Origin: Myxococcales bacterium
Lineage (GTDB): Bacteria > Myxococcota_A > Polyangia > Polyangiales > Polyangiaceae
Direction: 5' to 3'
Assembly (NCBI GenBank): GCA_043747615.1
Contig: JAYTOU010000028.1
Location: 1-41,871, forward strand
Length of the DNA stretch: 41,871 nt
Shown here piece by piece: positions 18,336-26,827 of the stretch. The notes under the pieces were generated by a model. The model was given only the letters and a program-made list of their open reading frames with translations. It searched no databases and was not told the DNA's origin. The position numbers and the translations under genes were made by a program. Position 1 is the first letter of the stretch, and the number at the start of each line of letters is the position of its first letter.

Positions 18336-19028
18336 CTACCGAATCTCCCCGCCCTCAACGTAGAAACGCCAGAAGGCCTGGGCCCAGACCTCTGCGCCTC
18401 GCTCGGTGGGGTGGACGCCGTCGGTCTGGCGCTCCAGCTCCAGGCTCGTCGAGTCGAAGAACACGCAGGGCGGCGTGCTCTGCGCGAGCACATTGACCAG
18501 CGCCGCGTCTGGTTTCCACGCGGGCGGACCGATCCAATAGCAATCACGTGGCGCGATCTTCTTCACGATCGACACGATGTGATGACTGAGGGCTTCGGGG
18601 TGCGGGTAGGTCACGTTGTTCATTCCGAGGGTCACGATCACCATCTCCGGATTGAGCCTCTTCAGGAGCTTCTGCAGGTGATCGCTCTCGTCGAAGCTCG
18701 TGATGCCCGCGCTCGTGAGCGAGTTCGAATAGAAGCGCGTGCCCGCATCCTGAAAACGGTTCTCGAGCGCGCGGGTGAGCCCTCCGCGGAAGCCGACCAT
18801 CGAGTCGCCGAGATGAAGAACAGAACGGTAACGCCGGCGTTCGGGCCTGGCGTCGGCCGCTCCGCCGTCGGCGGGCTGGGACGCTTCGACGAACGCGGCG
18901 TCACGGGGCGCCTCGGCAATCGGCGTCGCGACGACAGGCGGCCGGTTCGGGAGGTCGCGCTTCGAGCACGCCACGAAAATGACCGCGCCCACGATGGCCG
19001 CACCTGCGGCGGCTCGGCCACGATTCAT
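18336..19028 (-). CDS. SGNH/GDSL hydrolase family lipoprotein
   Basis: Start at ATG 19028 gives signal peptide plus lipobox FVAC; blocks LGDSM, LGMNN, DGVHP. Confidence 0.88.
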   Translation of the reverse strand: MNRGRAAAGAAIVGAVIFVACSKRDLPNRPPVVATPIAEAPRDAAFVEASQPADGGAADARPERRRYRSVLHLGDSMVGFRGGLTRALENRFQDAGTRFYSNSLTSAGITSFDESDHLQKLLKRLNPEMVIVTLGMNNVTYPHPEALSHHIVSIVKKIAPRDCYWIGPPAWKPDAALVNVLAQSTPPCVFFDSTSLELERQTDGVHPTERGAEVWAQAFWRFYVEGGEIR

Positions 19029-19084
19029 TTTTTTCAGCGAGGGCCGCCGAGGGGCTTCTTGGCAGCAGTCGATGCGGGTGCAAG

Positions 19085-19280
19085 GCGGGTAAATCGATTC
19101 GCCCGGTCCGCTCGTGATTTGCGTGGGGGAGGTCGCGCTCGTCGCATCGCACGAAAAGAGCTGGTTGTGACCTGTCACGGTGCGCGCATCTTGCGAAACG
19201 GTCGTCACTCGGAAGCGGAGCGTCCTGCCATCGGGCGAAATCGTCGGCGCTGTTTCATCTTCGGCCTCCGTCGTCACCCG
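19085..19280 (-). pseudogene. Fragment resembling TolB/PD40 beta-propeller repeats
   Basis: RVTTEAEDETAPTISPDGRTLRF...NQLF...PTQITSGPGESIYP; only about 1.5 blades. Confidence 0.45.
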
Positions 19281-19400
19281 GGGCGAGCGCACCGGCACGA
19301 CACGGCGGACAATCCAGCGAGCAAAACGAACGGCGGGAGGAGAAAACGCATGCGGCATTTTTACTTTCTCCGTCCAAGAACGTCTACTACAGCCCAGGCA

Positions 19401-19688
19401 ATGACTGACGGGGATCCGAAAGAAGAGGAGATCGAGCCTCCGCCCGACACCGATCCCGAAGGCGAGGTCGTCGAAGAGGTGGACGAAAGCGAGCTCGCTG
19501 CTTCGCTTCCCGCGCCGCGCCTCGACTTTGCCACGACCATCTGTCCAGGCTGCAAGGCCGCGACTCCGGAGGCGGAGGCATGCCTGCATTGTGGAGCGCC
19601 GCTCTTCATCCCGAAGTTTTGCATCGGCTGCGGAGAGGAAAGGCGACACGGCGCCCGTTTCTGTCACGGCTGCGGGGCCTCGTTCTAA
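19401..19688 (+). CDS. Acidic N-terminus plus double zinc-ribbon protein
   Basis: ATG 19401 within ORF 18411..19688; CPGC, CLHCG, CIGCG, FCHGCG. Confidence 0.85.
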   Translation: MTDGDPKEEEIEPPPDTDPEGEVVEEVDESELAASLPAPRLDFATTICPGCKAATPEAEACLHCGAPLFIPKFCIGCGEERRHGARFCHGCGASF

Positions 19689-20186
19689 GTGAAATGGCAC
19701 CCGCGCATCACGTGGGCGTTCGAATGGTGGTGCGGCCGGGCCCATCTGCCGGCGACGCACGCCAACCGGGTCCTTCGAATTGCGCTCACCGCAGGGGCGC
19801 TCGTCGCGGGGTGTAACGAGGCGCTCGTCATCACGCGGGGCATCTGGTCGGCGGAGCTGCCCGCACCGTTACCGCCCGACGCCGCGGGTCTCCGCTTCGG
19901 GGTCGCCGAAGAGACGCGCCGCAAGGTGTTCAACGAGATCGCCGCAGAGGACCCGGGCGCACGCGACAAAGCCCGCGAACGATTCCCCGCCGATCAGGTG
20001 TGGCGCCGCGAGGACGATCGCAGCGCGTCGGAGCGCGACACCGCACGCGGCCTGGCGTCGAGCCACCATCTCAACGTCACCCAGGTTTATCTGATCCTGG
20101 ATGAAGGCATTCGCCAAGGCTGGCCGGGCGCCGACGGTAAACCTCTCAGTCCGAAGACGGTGCCACTCCTCCAGAGGAGCCCGTGA
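19689..20186 (+). CDS. Hypothetical protein, possibly lipoprotein
   Basis: Abuts upstream stop and overlaps downstream start (GTGA); hydrophobic stretch ending VAGC; start uncertain. Confidence 0.65.
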   Translation: MKWHPRITWAFEWWCGRAHLPATHANRVLRIALTAGALVAGCNEALVITRGIWSAELPAPLPPDAAGLRFGVAEETRRKVFNEIAAEDPGARDKARERFPADQVWRREDDRSASERDTARGLASSHHLNVTQVYLILDEGIRQGWPGADGKPLSPKTVPLLQRSP

Positions 20187-22066
20187 CCTCCGAAACGGCC
20201 TCCGCGCGTTGGGGGGATCGCCTCCTCCAGCTGTTCGGGATCAGGCTCTTCGTGTGGTGCTACTTCGCCGCGCTCCTCTCGGGGGGCGTCCTGCGGGAGC
20301 CGTTCAACGTCACGGCGCACTACGATGAGCACTATTTTTTCGCGCACGAGGAAGCCGCGCGAATCAGCGTCGTTCGCTACCACCAGCTCCCCGCGTGGAA
20401 CCCCTATTACTGCGGAGGAATCCCGCTCGCTGCCAATCCTCAAGACGTCACCTTCGCGCCAGATTTTTTGCTCCGACTCCTCTTCGACACGGGGCCCGGG
20501 CGGCGCCTGGCGATCCTTCTCTTCATCGTCCTCGGGCTCGAGGGGATGTACCGCCTCGCACGGCGTCATGATTGCTCCGCGCTCGCGTCGGCAGCCGCGG
20601 CGATTGCTTTCGCCGGCTCCGGTCGGTTCTTCTTCATGCTCGATTTTGGCTGGATCAACATGTTCGGCTTCCAGCTACTTCCGCTCACGATGCTCGCTCT
20701 CGAGGAGGGTGCGCGCTCGTGGCGCTGGCGACTGCTCGGAGGTGCGCTCTTCGCGTGGATGCTCCTCAATGGAGGAACCTACTCCGTCCCGTACACCGCG
20801 CTCGTTCTCGCGCTCGTCACGGTGTTCGACATGGGAGACGGCATCGCGCGCGGGCGTGCCGGTTGGTGGAGGCCAGCGCTCGCCCTCGTCACTATCGGTG
20901 GTGTGGCCGTAGCGCTGTCGGCGGTGAAGCTCTTTCCGATGCTCAAGATCATCGCGCTTCATCCACGCAACGTCGACGGTCGGCAGTCGAATGGGATCCC
21001 TGGTCTCGTGGAATCGTTGGTCGTCGCCCACGGAGGAAAGGGAGATCGCGTCGAGGCGTACGTGAGCGCCGGCGTGCTGATCCTCGCCCTGATCGCGCTT
21101 CTATTCAGAGATCGCGCCGCCGTCCGCTTCATGACCATGGCCTTGCTCTTCTTTGGTCTGGCCGCCGGTGACGCTGACGCGGGACGGATGTCGCTCTACA
21201 CGATCCTCCATAAATTGCCGCTCTACGGACAGCTCCGTGACCCGGAGCGCTTCACCCTCGTGGTGGCCTTCTTCCTCGCCCTGAGCACGGCGCGGGCGCT
21301 CTCGCGCTTCGAAGATCTTCCGCTCCACGTCTGTCGTATGATTCGCGATCGCCTCCTCGCATGGAGAAAAAAGCCCGCGCGCGACGACTTCGGGCTGCCT
21401 GCCTATTTCGTGATCGGGTTTATCGGCAGCGCGATCGTGCTCGTCTCCGCGATGGCCATCGCCTTTGACGTCATCGCCGAAAACCACGTCAGACCCGGCC
21501 TTTTTTCTCAGGATCCGCCGCTCTCTCACGACAAGGAGTTTCGCCAGTCGCGAGGCAACCGCTGGGACGCGCACGTCTGGCCGCGTACCGGGCTCGGCAC
21601 GCTGCAGTGCTTCGAGGAGACGAAGTTCCCCCAGTCCGCGCTTCTTCGCGGTGATCTCGCGGCCGAGGAGTACGCCGAGAAGCCGGAGACGATGAGCGTC
21701 GAGCGCCTCTCGTGGACCCCAAACCGAATTCGCCTCCACGTCGTGGCCAAGGAGCCGGGCGTGGTGCGCATCAACCAGAACTTCGACTCCGGCTGGTCGA
21801 GCGACGTGGGCGAGGTGAAGGGGGAGAGCGAGCTTCTCACCGTGCGCCTCCCTGCAGGCGATCACCACGTCACCCTTGCCTACCGCGACCCGCTCGTGAC
21901 CGCCGGCTTCGTGTGCTCGGTGCTCAGCGCTCTCGGTCTCTTCTTCTTCTTCGGGAAGTGGGCGCGGAAAAAAATGTCAGAGCTTGGACAAGAACTCGTC
22001 CTCGACGGCGGCGTAGTCGACCTCGACGTCGAGCCGCGCAAGGACGGAGAAGAAGCCAAATTGTAG
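20183..22066 (+). CDS. YfhO-like GT-C membrane glycosyltransferase
   Basis: YDEHYF acidic loop, WNPYYCGGIPL motif, many TMs, LRDPERF, C-terminal beta domain (NFDSGW...LPAGDHHVTLAY) and a final TM. Confidence 0.78.
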   Translation: MTSETASARWGDRLLQLFGIRLFVWCYFAALLSGGVLREPFNVTAHYDEHYFFAHEEAARISVVRYHQLPAWNPYYCGGIPLAANPQDVTFAPDFLLRLLFDTGPGRRLAILLFIVLGLEGMYRLARRHDCSALASAAAAIAFAGSGRFFFMLDFGWINMFGFQLLPLTMLALEEGARSWRWRLLGGALFAWMLLNGGTYSVPYTALVLALVTVFDMGDGIARGRAGWWRPALALVTIGGVAVALSAVKLFPMLKIIALHPRNVDGRQSNGIPGLVESLVVAHGGKGDRVEAYVSAGVLILALIALLFRDRAAVRFMTMALLFFGLAAGDADAGRMSLYTILHKLPLYGQLRDPERFTLVVAFFLALSTARALSRFEDLPLHVCRMIRDRLLAWRKKPARDDFGLPAYFVIGFIGSAIVLVSAMAIAFDVIAENHVRPGLFSQDPPLSHDKEFRQSRGNRWDAHVWPRTGLGTLQCFEETKFPQSALLRGDLAAEEYAEKPETMSVERLSWTPNRIRLHVVAKEPGVVRINQNFDSGWSSDVGEVKGESELLTVRLPAGDHHVTLAYRDPLVTAGFVCSVLSALGLFFFFGKWARKKMSELGQELVLDGGVVDLDVEPRKDGEEAKL

Positions 22067-23245
22067 GCGATTCATGAAGAGCATCTCGGTCGGCATCGTG
22101 AAGAACTCCGCCGGCGGAACCTTCCGAGCGCGCAGGCCAATCTCTTTCATGTCGGCTACCAAGCTCCCCGCGTAGGCGCGCGTGATGCGATAGGGCGAAC
22201 GCAAAACCGGCTCGAAGCAGCGGAGGCAGTAATCGCAGGCCATCGTCTCCATGGCTCCGGGGCGCGCTTCGACGAGGCGCGAGACATTTGCTCGGAAGTC
22301 GGTCAGGTCACCGCGAATGGCAGCTCGGTGGATGGCGCGCGCGTGCGGACGCCTGACGTCGGGGACGACTTGAACGCAGCCGAAATCCAGAAAGACGACC
22401 TTGCCGTCGCTCTGGAAAATGTAGTTGCCGGGGTGGGGATCGGCGTTGAACATTCCGCCGTCGAGTATTCCTTTGAAGACGAATCGCCACATCGTCCTCG
22501 CCCACGCGCGGCGCTCTTCTTCACTCGCGACGCAGGCTTCCTCGAAGTCGAGGCCGCGGACGAACTCGGTCGTGAGGACGCCGCCGCTCGAGCGATCTTC
22601 GATCAGTCGCGGGATCCGAATAGTCGGGTCGCCGGCGTGAATGCGGGCGAAGTCACCGAGCCGTTCGCCTTCGAGGCGGTAGTCAAGCTCCTCTCGAAAT
22701 CGCGCACGGACCACCTCGAGCAAGCCCTTCGAGTCGAAGCGTCTGCCGCCCATCGCGCCGGCGAACGTCTCCAGCATCCCGGCGTTCTTGAGGTCGCTCT
22801 CCACCGCCTGGCGCACCTTGGGGTGCTGGACCTTTACGGCAACCTCAGTGCCATCGAGGAGCTTTGCTGCGTGCACCTGTCCGATGGACGCGCTGGCGAT
22901 CGGCTCGTCATTCCACTCGGCAAAAAGGCTCTCGATTGTGCCGCCGAGCTCGATCTCGACGAAGGCCCGCACTTCCTGCACCGAGGAGCGGGGGGCCTGC
23001 GCGCGAAGGACACGAAGAGAAGTCTCGTACGCCTCGCGCTGCTTTTCGGGGACGATGCCGTCGACATAGCTGCCCATCTGACCGAGCTTCGCCGCAAGCC
23101 CGCGGAGGGACCCGAGCACCTCCGCCGCCGCCTCGGCGCCGGAAGCTCCGTCGCGACCGAGCAGGAGCCCGCCGCCTGCGCGCGCACCGAGAGCCGCCAT
23201 TTTGGCGAGACGACTGAGCCTGCCCGAAGGTATGGGTTTCTCCAC
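21977..23245 (-). CDS. AarF/UbiB/ABC1 family atypical kinase
   Basis: KLGQ, ASASIGQVH, VAVKVQHP, EELDY, ADPHPGN, LDFG. Confidence 0.95.
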   Translation of the reverse strand: MEKPIPSGRLSRLAKMAALGARAGGGLLLGRDGASGAEAAAEVLGSLRGLAAKLGQMGSYVDGIVPEKQREAYETSLRVLRAQAPRSSVQEVRAFVEIELGGTIESLFAEWNDEPIASASIGQVHAAKLLDGTEVAVKVQHPKVRQAVESDLKNAGMLETFAGAMGGRRFDSKGLLEVVRARFREELDYRLEGERLGDFARIHAGDPTIRIPRLIEDRSSGGVLTTEFVRGLDFEEACVASEEERRAWARTMWRFVFKGILDGGMFNADPHPGNYIFQSDGKVVFLDFGCVQVVPDVRRPHARAIHRAAIRGDLTDFRANVSRLVEARPGAMETMACDYCLRCFEPVLRSPYRITRAYAGSLVADMKEIGLRARKVPPAEFFTMPTEMLFMNRLQFGFFSVLARLDVEVDYAAVEDEFLSKL

Positions 23246-23298
23246 TGTCCATATCTAGGTCCTTTTGCGCCAAGAAAAGTGGGAAACTCACATCCACC

Positions 23299-24042
23299 TT
23301 GCTGGCCATCGAGATCGACGACGTGACGAAGCGCTTCGGCGACAAGGTCGCGGTAGATCGACTGAGCCTTTCCGTCGAAGCCGGAACGTTCCTGGGGCTC
23401 CTCGGGCGAAACGGCGCAGGCAAGTCCACCACCCTCAAGATGCTCACCGGCCTTGTCCGGCCGACGACCGGGCGCGTTCGGATCCTGGGGCAAGATCTGG
23501 AGAGCAACAGCATAGACATCAAGCGGCAGATCGGGGTGATGCCCGAGGACATGGCGCTCCTCGAAATGCTCACGGGCGCGCAATACTTGCGGTTCGTCGG
23601 TCGGATGTACGGCATGGAAGAAGGCGTCATCGGCGCGCGTCAGGAGGAGCTCTTCGCCAAGCTCGATCTCGCCGCCGGTCCGAAGGTTCTCATTGCCGAC
23701 TACTCGTTCGGAATGAAGAAGAAGGTGGCGCTGTGCGCCGCGCTCATCCACGGGCCGCGCATCGTTTTCCTCGACGAGCCGTTCGAGGGGATCGATCCGG
23801 TCACGAGCCGCACCATCAAAGACATCCTGCTCACGCTCCGCGCGCGCGGAGTCACGCTGGTCCTCACGTCACACATCTTGGAAGTGGTCGAGCGTCTCTG
23901 TCCGCGCATCGCGATCCTCGATGGCGGCCGGCTAAAAGGGTATGGCGCCCTCGACGACCTCCGAAAAGGAGAGGAGAGCCTCGAGGCGCTCTTCGTCGAG
24001 CTCGTAGGCGGTGTTCAGAAGGGCGAGCTTTCGTGGCTTTGA
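23299..24042 (+). CDS. ABC-2 type transporter ATP-binding protein
   Basis: Walker A GRNGAGKS, signature YSFGM, Walker B FLDEP, H-loop TSH. Confidence 0.95.
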   Translation: MLAIEIDDVTKRFGDKVAVDRLSLSVEAGTFLGLLGRNGAGKSTTLKMLTGLVRPTTGRVRILGQDLESNSIDIKRQIGVMPEDMALLEMLTGAQYLRFVGRMYGMEEGVIGARQEELFAKLDLAAGPKVLIADYSFGMKKKVALCAALIHGPRIVFLDEPFEGIDPVTSRTIKDILLTLRARGVTLVLTSHILEVVERLCPRIAILDGGRLKGYGALDDLRKGEESLEALFVELVGGVQKGELSWL

Positions 24043-25667
24043 CCCCGAGCGCAGGTGCCACACGTCTGAGCGGTAAAATAAGCCCATTTCGCGGTATCCT
24101 CGCGGCGCATTCCCTGGCGATGCATAACCGTCTCACCCGCGAGCTCGGCAGCTTAGGCGCCTGGGTGGTCATACTCTTCGTCGGCTTCTTCGGTCTCGCG
24201 CTCGTCCTTCCGTTCCTTGCGGTGATGGGCACCGTCGGATTTTATGTTGGAGGCAGAGTGCCGCGCGACGTCCCGCTAGCCATTCTCTCGGTGCTCCTCG
24301 GGCTCTTCGCGTTCGTCGGGGGGATCGTGAGCGGCATTCTCGGAGGAGCCAAGCAGCTCACGTGGGAAACGTACCAAACCTACCCGGTGCGTCATCGTAC
24401 GGTCTTCGCTGCGGAGCTCATCGCCGGGCTCGGCGATCCCATTGCTCTTAGCATCGTGCTCACGATTTTCGTGACCCTCGCCGGCGCCGGGATCGCCCAG
24501 CCGCGCATGCTTCCCGCGCTCGTCGTGATCTTCGTCGAGGCCGTGGTCGGCGTCATGGTGATGAACCTTCTCATCGCCAGCCTAGCCGCGGCGCTCGTAA
24601 AACGTCTACGCGTAGCTCTTGGCGCCCTCGGTCTTGCCCTGTGGCTGGGCGCTGCGATGGGCGCGATGTTTCCGCGGGTCAAACACGGGGGCGGTGAATC
24701 CCCGCTCACCCTCGACGAAGTGATCGCCGTCGGAAAATTCATGGAGCGAGCTTCGCGCTATTTGCCAACAGCCGGCGCCGTCCGAAGCCTCGCCGACGTG
24801 CTCGAGGGCCGCTGGCTTCACGCCGCCCTCGATCATGTGCCGATGGTCGCGACGCTCCTCGTCCTGAGCGTGATCGTCGCGCGTCTCCTCGTTCGCGAGA
24901 TGGACGTATCCAGTGCAGAAGGAGAGGGGAGTAGCAAGCTTTGGTCGTTCACCAATCCCGTGATGGGGGTGGCCCGACTGCAGTGGACGACGCTCCTCGA
25001 TAGCCAGCTCGGTCGGTTCGGGCTCATCGTTCCGCTGATCACCGTGGTCCTCATTCGCGGACCGTTCGCGCAGCTCGCAGGTGTGGGAGTGGGTCAGAGC
25101 GCGTGGGCGGTACCTGGCGCATTCGTCTATCTCTCACTCGTCACCAATCGATTTCAGCTCAATCAATTTGGTCTCGACGGTCACGGCGTGAAGAGCCTTC
25201 TGCTCTTGCCAATAGCGCCGCGCGATTTGCTGGTCGGCAAAGCCATCGGCCTTGGGATCTACCAAGGCGTGCAAGGGCTGCTTTTGTGCCTATTTTTCTC
25301 GCTGATTCAGAAACCGAGCAACACCGAGCTCGCGGCGGGTGCGCTGATGGGCGGGTGCCTCTTCTTCACCCAGAATGCCGTGGGATGGCGCACCTCCGTC
25401 GCCCTGCCGAAGCGTCTGCCGCGCCGCGGGATCCGGAGCCAGAGCGCGCCCGTCCTCGTCGCTCTCTTGGCCCTTGCTCTGTCGCTGATGTGCGGCACGA
25501 TCTTCGGCGGGACGTTCATGCTGTGCGGATGGTTTGCGCCGTCGATGCTCGTTCCCATCATGAGCATTTTTTTTCTTTTCTGCGTTGGGCTCCATGGTCG
25601 CCTTCTGCCGTCGGCCGCCTTGTTCCTTCACGCGCGACGCGAGACGATCGTGCAGTCGCTCGGCTGA
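24033..25667 (+). CDS. ABC exporter permease
   Basis: 3' part of ORF 23265..25667; GTG 24033 overlaps the ATPase stop; about 12 TM in two halves; NQFGLDG...LLLLPI...LLVGK. Confidence 0.85.
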   Translation: MALTPSAGATRLSGKISPFRGILAAHSLAMHNRLTRELGSLGAWVVILFVGFFGLALVLPFLAVMGTVGFYVGGRVPRDVPLAILSVLLGLFAFVGGIVSGILGGAKQLTWETYQTYPVRHRTVFAAELIAGLGDPIALSIVLTIFVTLAGAGIAQPRMLPALVVIFVEAVVGVMVMNLLIASLAAALVKRLRVALGALGLALWLGAAMGAMFPRVKHGGGESPLTLDEVIAVGKFMERASRYLPTAGAVRSLADVLEGRWLHAALDHVPMVATLLVLSVIVARLLVREMDVSSAEGEGSSKLWSFTNPVMGVARLQWTTLLDSQLGRFGLIVPLITVVLIRGPFAQLAGVGVGQSAWAVPGAFVYLSLVTNRFQLNQFGLDGHGVKSLLLLPIAPRDLLVGKAIGLGIYQGVQGLLLCLFFSLIQKPSNTELAAGALMGGCLFFTQNAVGWRTSVALPKRLPRRGIRSQSAPVLVALLALALSLMCGTIFGGTFMLCGWFAPSMLVPIMSIFFLFCVGLHGRLLPSAALFLHARRETIVQSLG

Positions 25668-25839
25668 CCACCGAGCTCTTTTGAACGGACACGATCACAA
25701 CCACGAGCGCTCGAAGCCCGTCACCGGTCCGAGCAATGCTCCCCGGAGCAGACGGCGACCACAGCGAGCACCACCTACGTCGTCTGCGCGGGCGACGAAG
25801 TCATCGACTCCTTCGCGCTTCAACGCTAAAACTCAGCGC

Positions 25840-26658
25840 ATGGCGTCGAAGCTTGATTTTGCCTTGATCGCGGGCCTCATCCTCGGCGTGGGTACCACCG
25901 GCGTTGGAGGCTGCTCGTCGAAGACCAACGCAGCAGCAACGGACGCAGGTGCCGCCGAAACAGGTGATCCCGTCGACGCCGCAGAGGCAGCGGCCCCCGA
26001 TCCGCTTGCCGCGTGCACGAAGGATCCGGGACCGACCGACCCGGGTATCGGACCCGGCGACGGCGGCGTGGAAGATCCCGTCGTCGGTGGCGCCGCAAGC
26101 TTCACGCTCGCTCAGGCGCTTTCAGGATTTCCGAGCGGCACGGGCGTGCTCACAGCGGTCATCACCACCGAGCTCGGGAAAATCGTCTGCCAGCTCGACG
26201 AAGCCAAGGCTCCTATCACCGTCGCGAACTTCGTCGGTCTCGCTCGCGGCACGCGCCCTTCGCAAGACAAGCTCGGCTTGTGGAAGGCCAAGCGTTTTTA
26301 CGACGGTCTCATCTGGCATCGGGTGCTTCCAGGCTTCGTCGTTCAGGGCGGGGATCCCCAGGGCAACGGAGGCGGCGGCCCAGGCTACGACGTTCCGAAC
26401 GAGAACCATGTGCGCCAGCTCTTGGGCGTTCTGTCCGCTGCCGCCAGCACGACGGTCGACGACGCGGGGCTCAACACGTTCGTCCCGAGCGGAAGTCAGT
26501 TTTACGTCGTCGTCGGAAAGGGGCCGCAAAGCGACTACAACGTCTTTGGCAAGTGCACGACCGACGTTGCCCAAGCGATCGCTGCCGTTTCGACCAAAAA
26601 CGAAGCCCCGGTCACCAAGATACATATGCAGACGATCGAAATCGGACGCTGCCCGTAA
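25840..26658 (+). CDS. Cyclophilin-type peptidyl-prolyl isomerase, lipoprotein
   Basis: ATG 25840; lipobox VGGC; APITVANF, FYDGL.WHRV.PGFVVQGGDP, GSQFY, VFG. Confidence 0.92.
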   Translation: MASKLDFALIAGLILGVGTTGVGGCSSKTNAAATDAGAAETGDPVDAAEAAAPDPLAACTKDPGPTDPGIGPGDGGVEDPVVGGAASFTLAQALSGFPSGTGVLTAVITTELGKIVCQLDEAKAPITVANFVGLARGTRPSQDKLGLWKAKRFYDGLIWHRVLPGFVVQGGDPQGNGGGGPGYDVPNENHVRQLLGVLSAAASTTVDDAGLNTFVPSGSQFYVVVGKGPQSDYNVFGKCTTDVAQAIAAVSTKNEAPVTKIHMQTIEIGRCP

Positions 26659-26827
26659 ACCGTATTTGCGAGATTCACGAGAAGCGAGGTGTCGTTCCGA
26701 TCTTCGGAGTCGAGAGCTTCTATCCTGGCGTGCGCGCAAACTACGAAGCCTTCCGCGCCGCCGTGAAAGCGGCATTCCGCGAGGGGCTCATCGACGGCCT
26801 CGAAAGCGGCGGCCCCGCCCGCACCGC

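Noticed and set aside
18411..19400. 425-aa ORF 18411..19688 and the full 474-aa ORF 18336..19760
   Set aside because: Each extends antisense over the other real gene; trimmed to 19401..19688 and 18336..19028.
23265..24032. 800-aa ORF as a single fused protein
   Set aside because: The first ~256 codons are an Arg-rich alternative frame over the ATPase gene; the permease starts near 24033.
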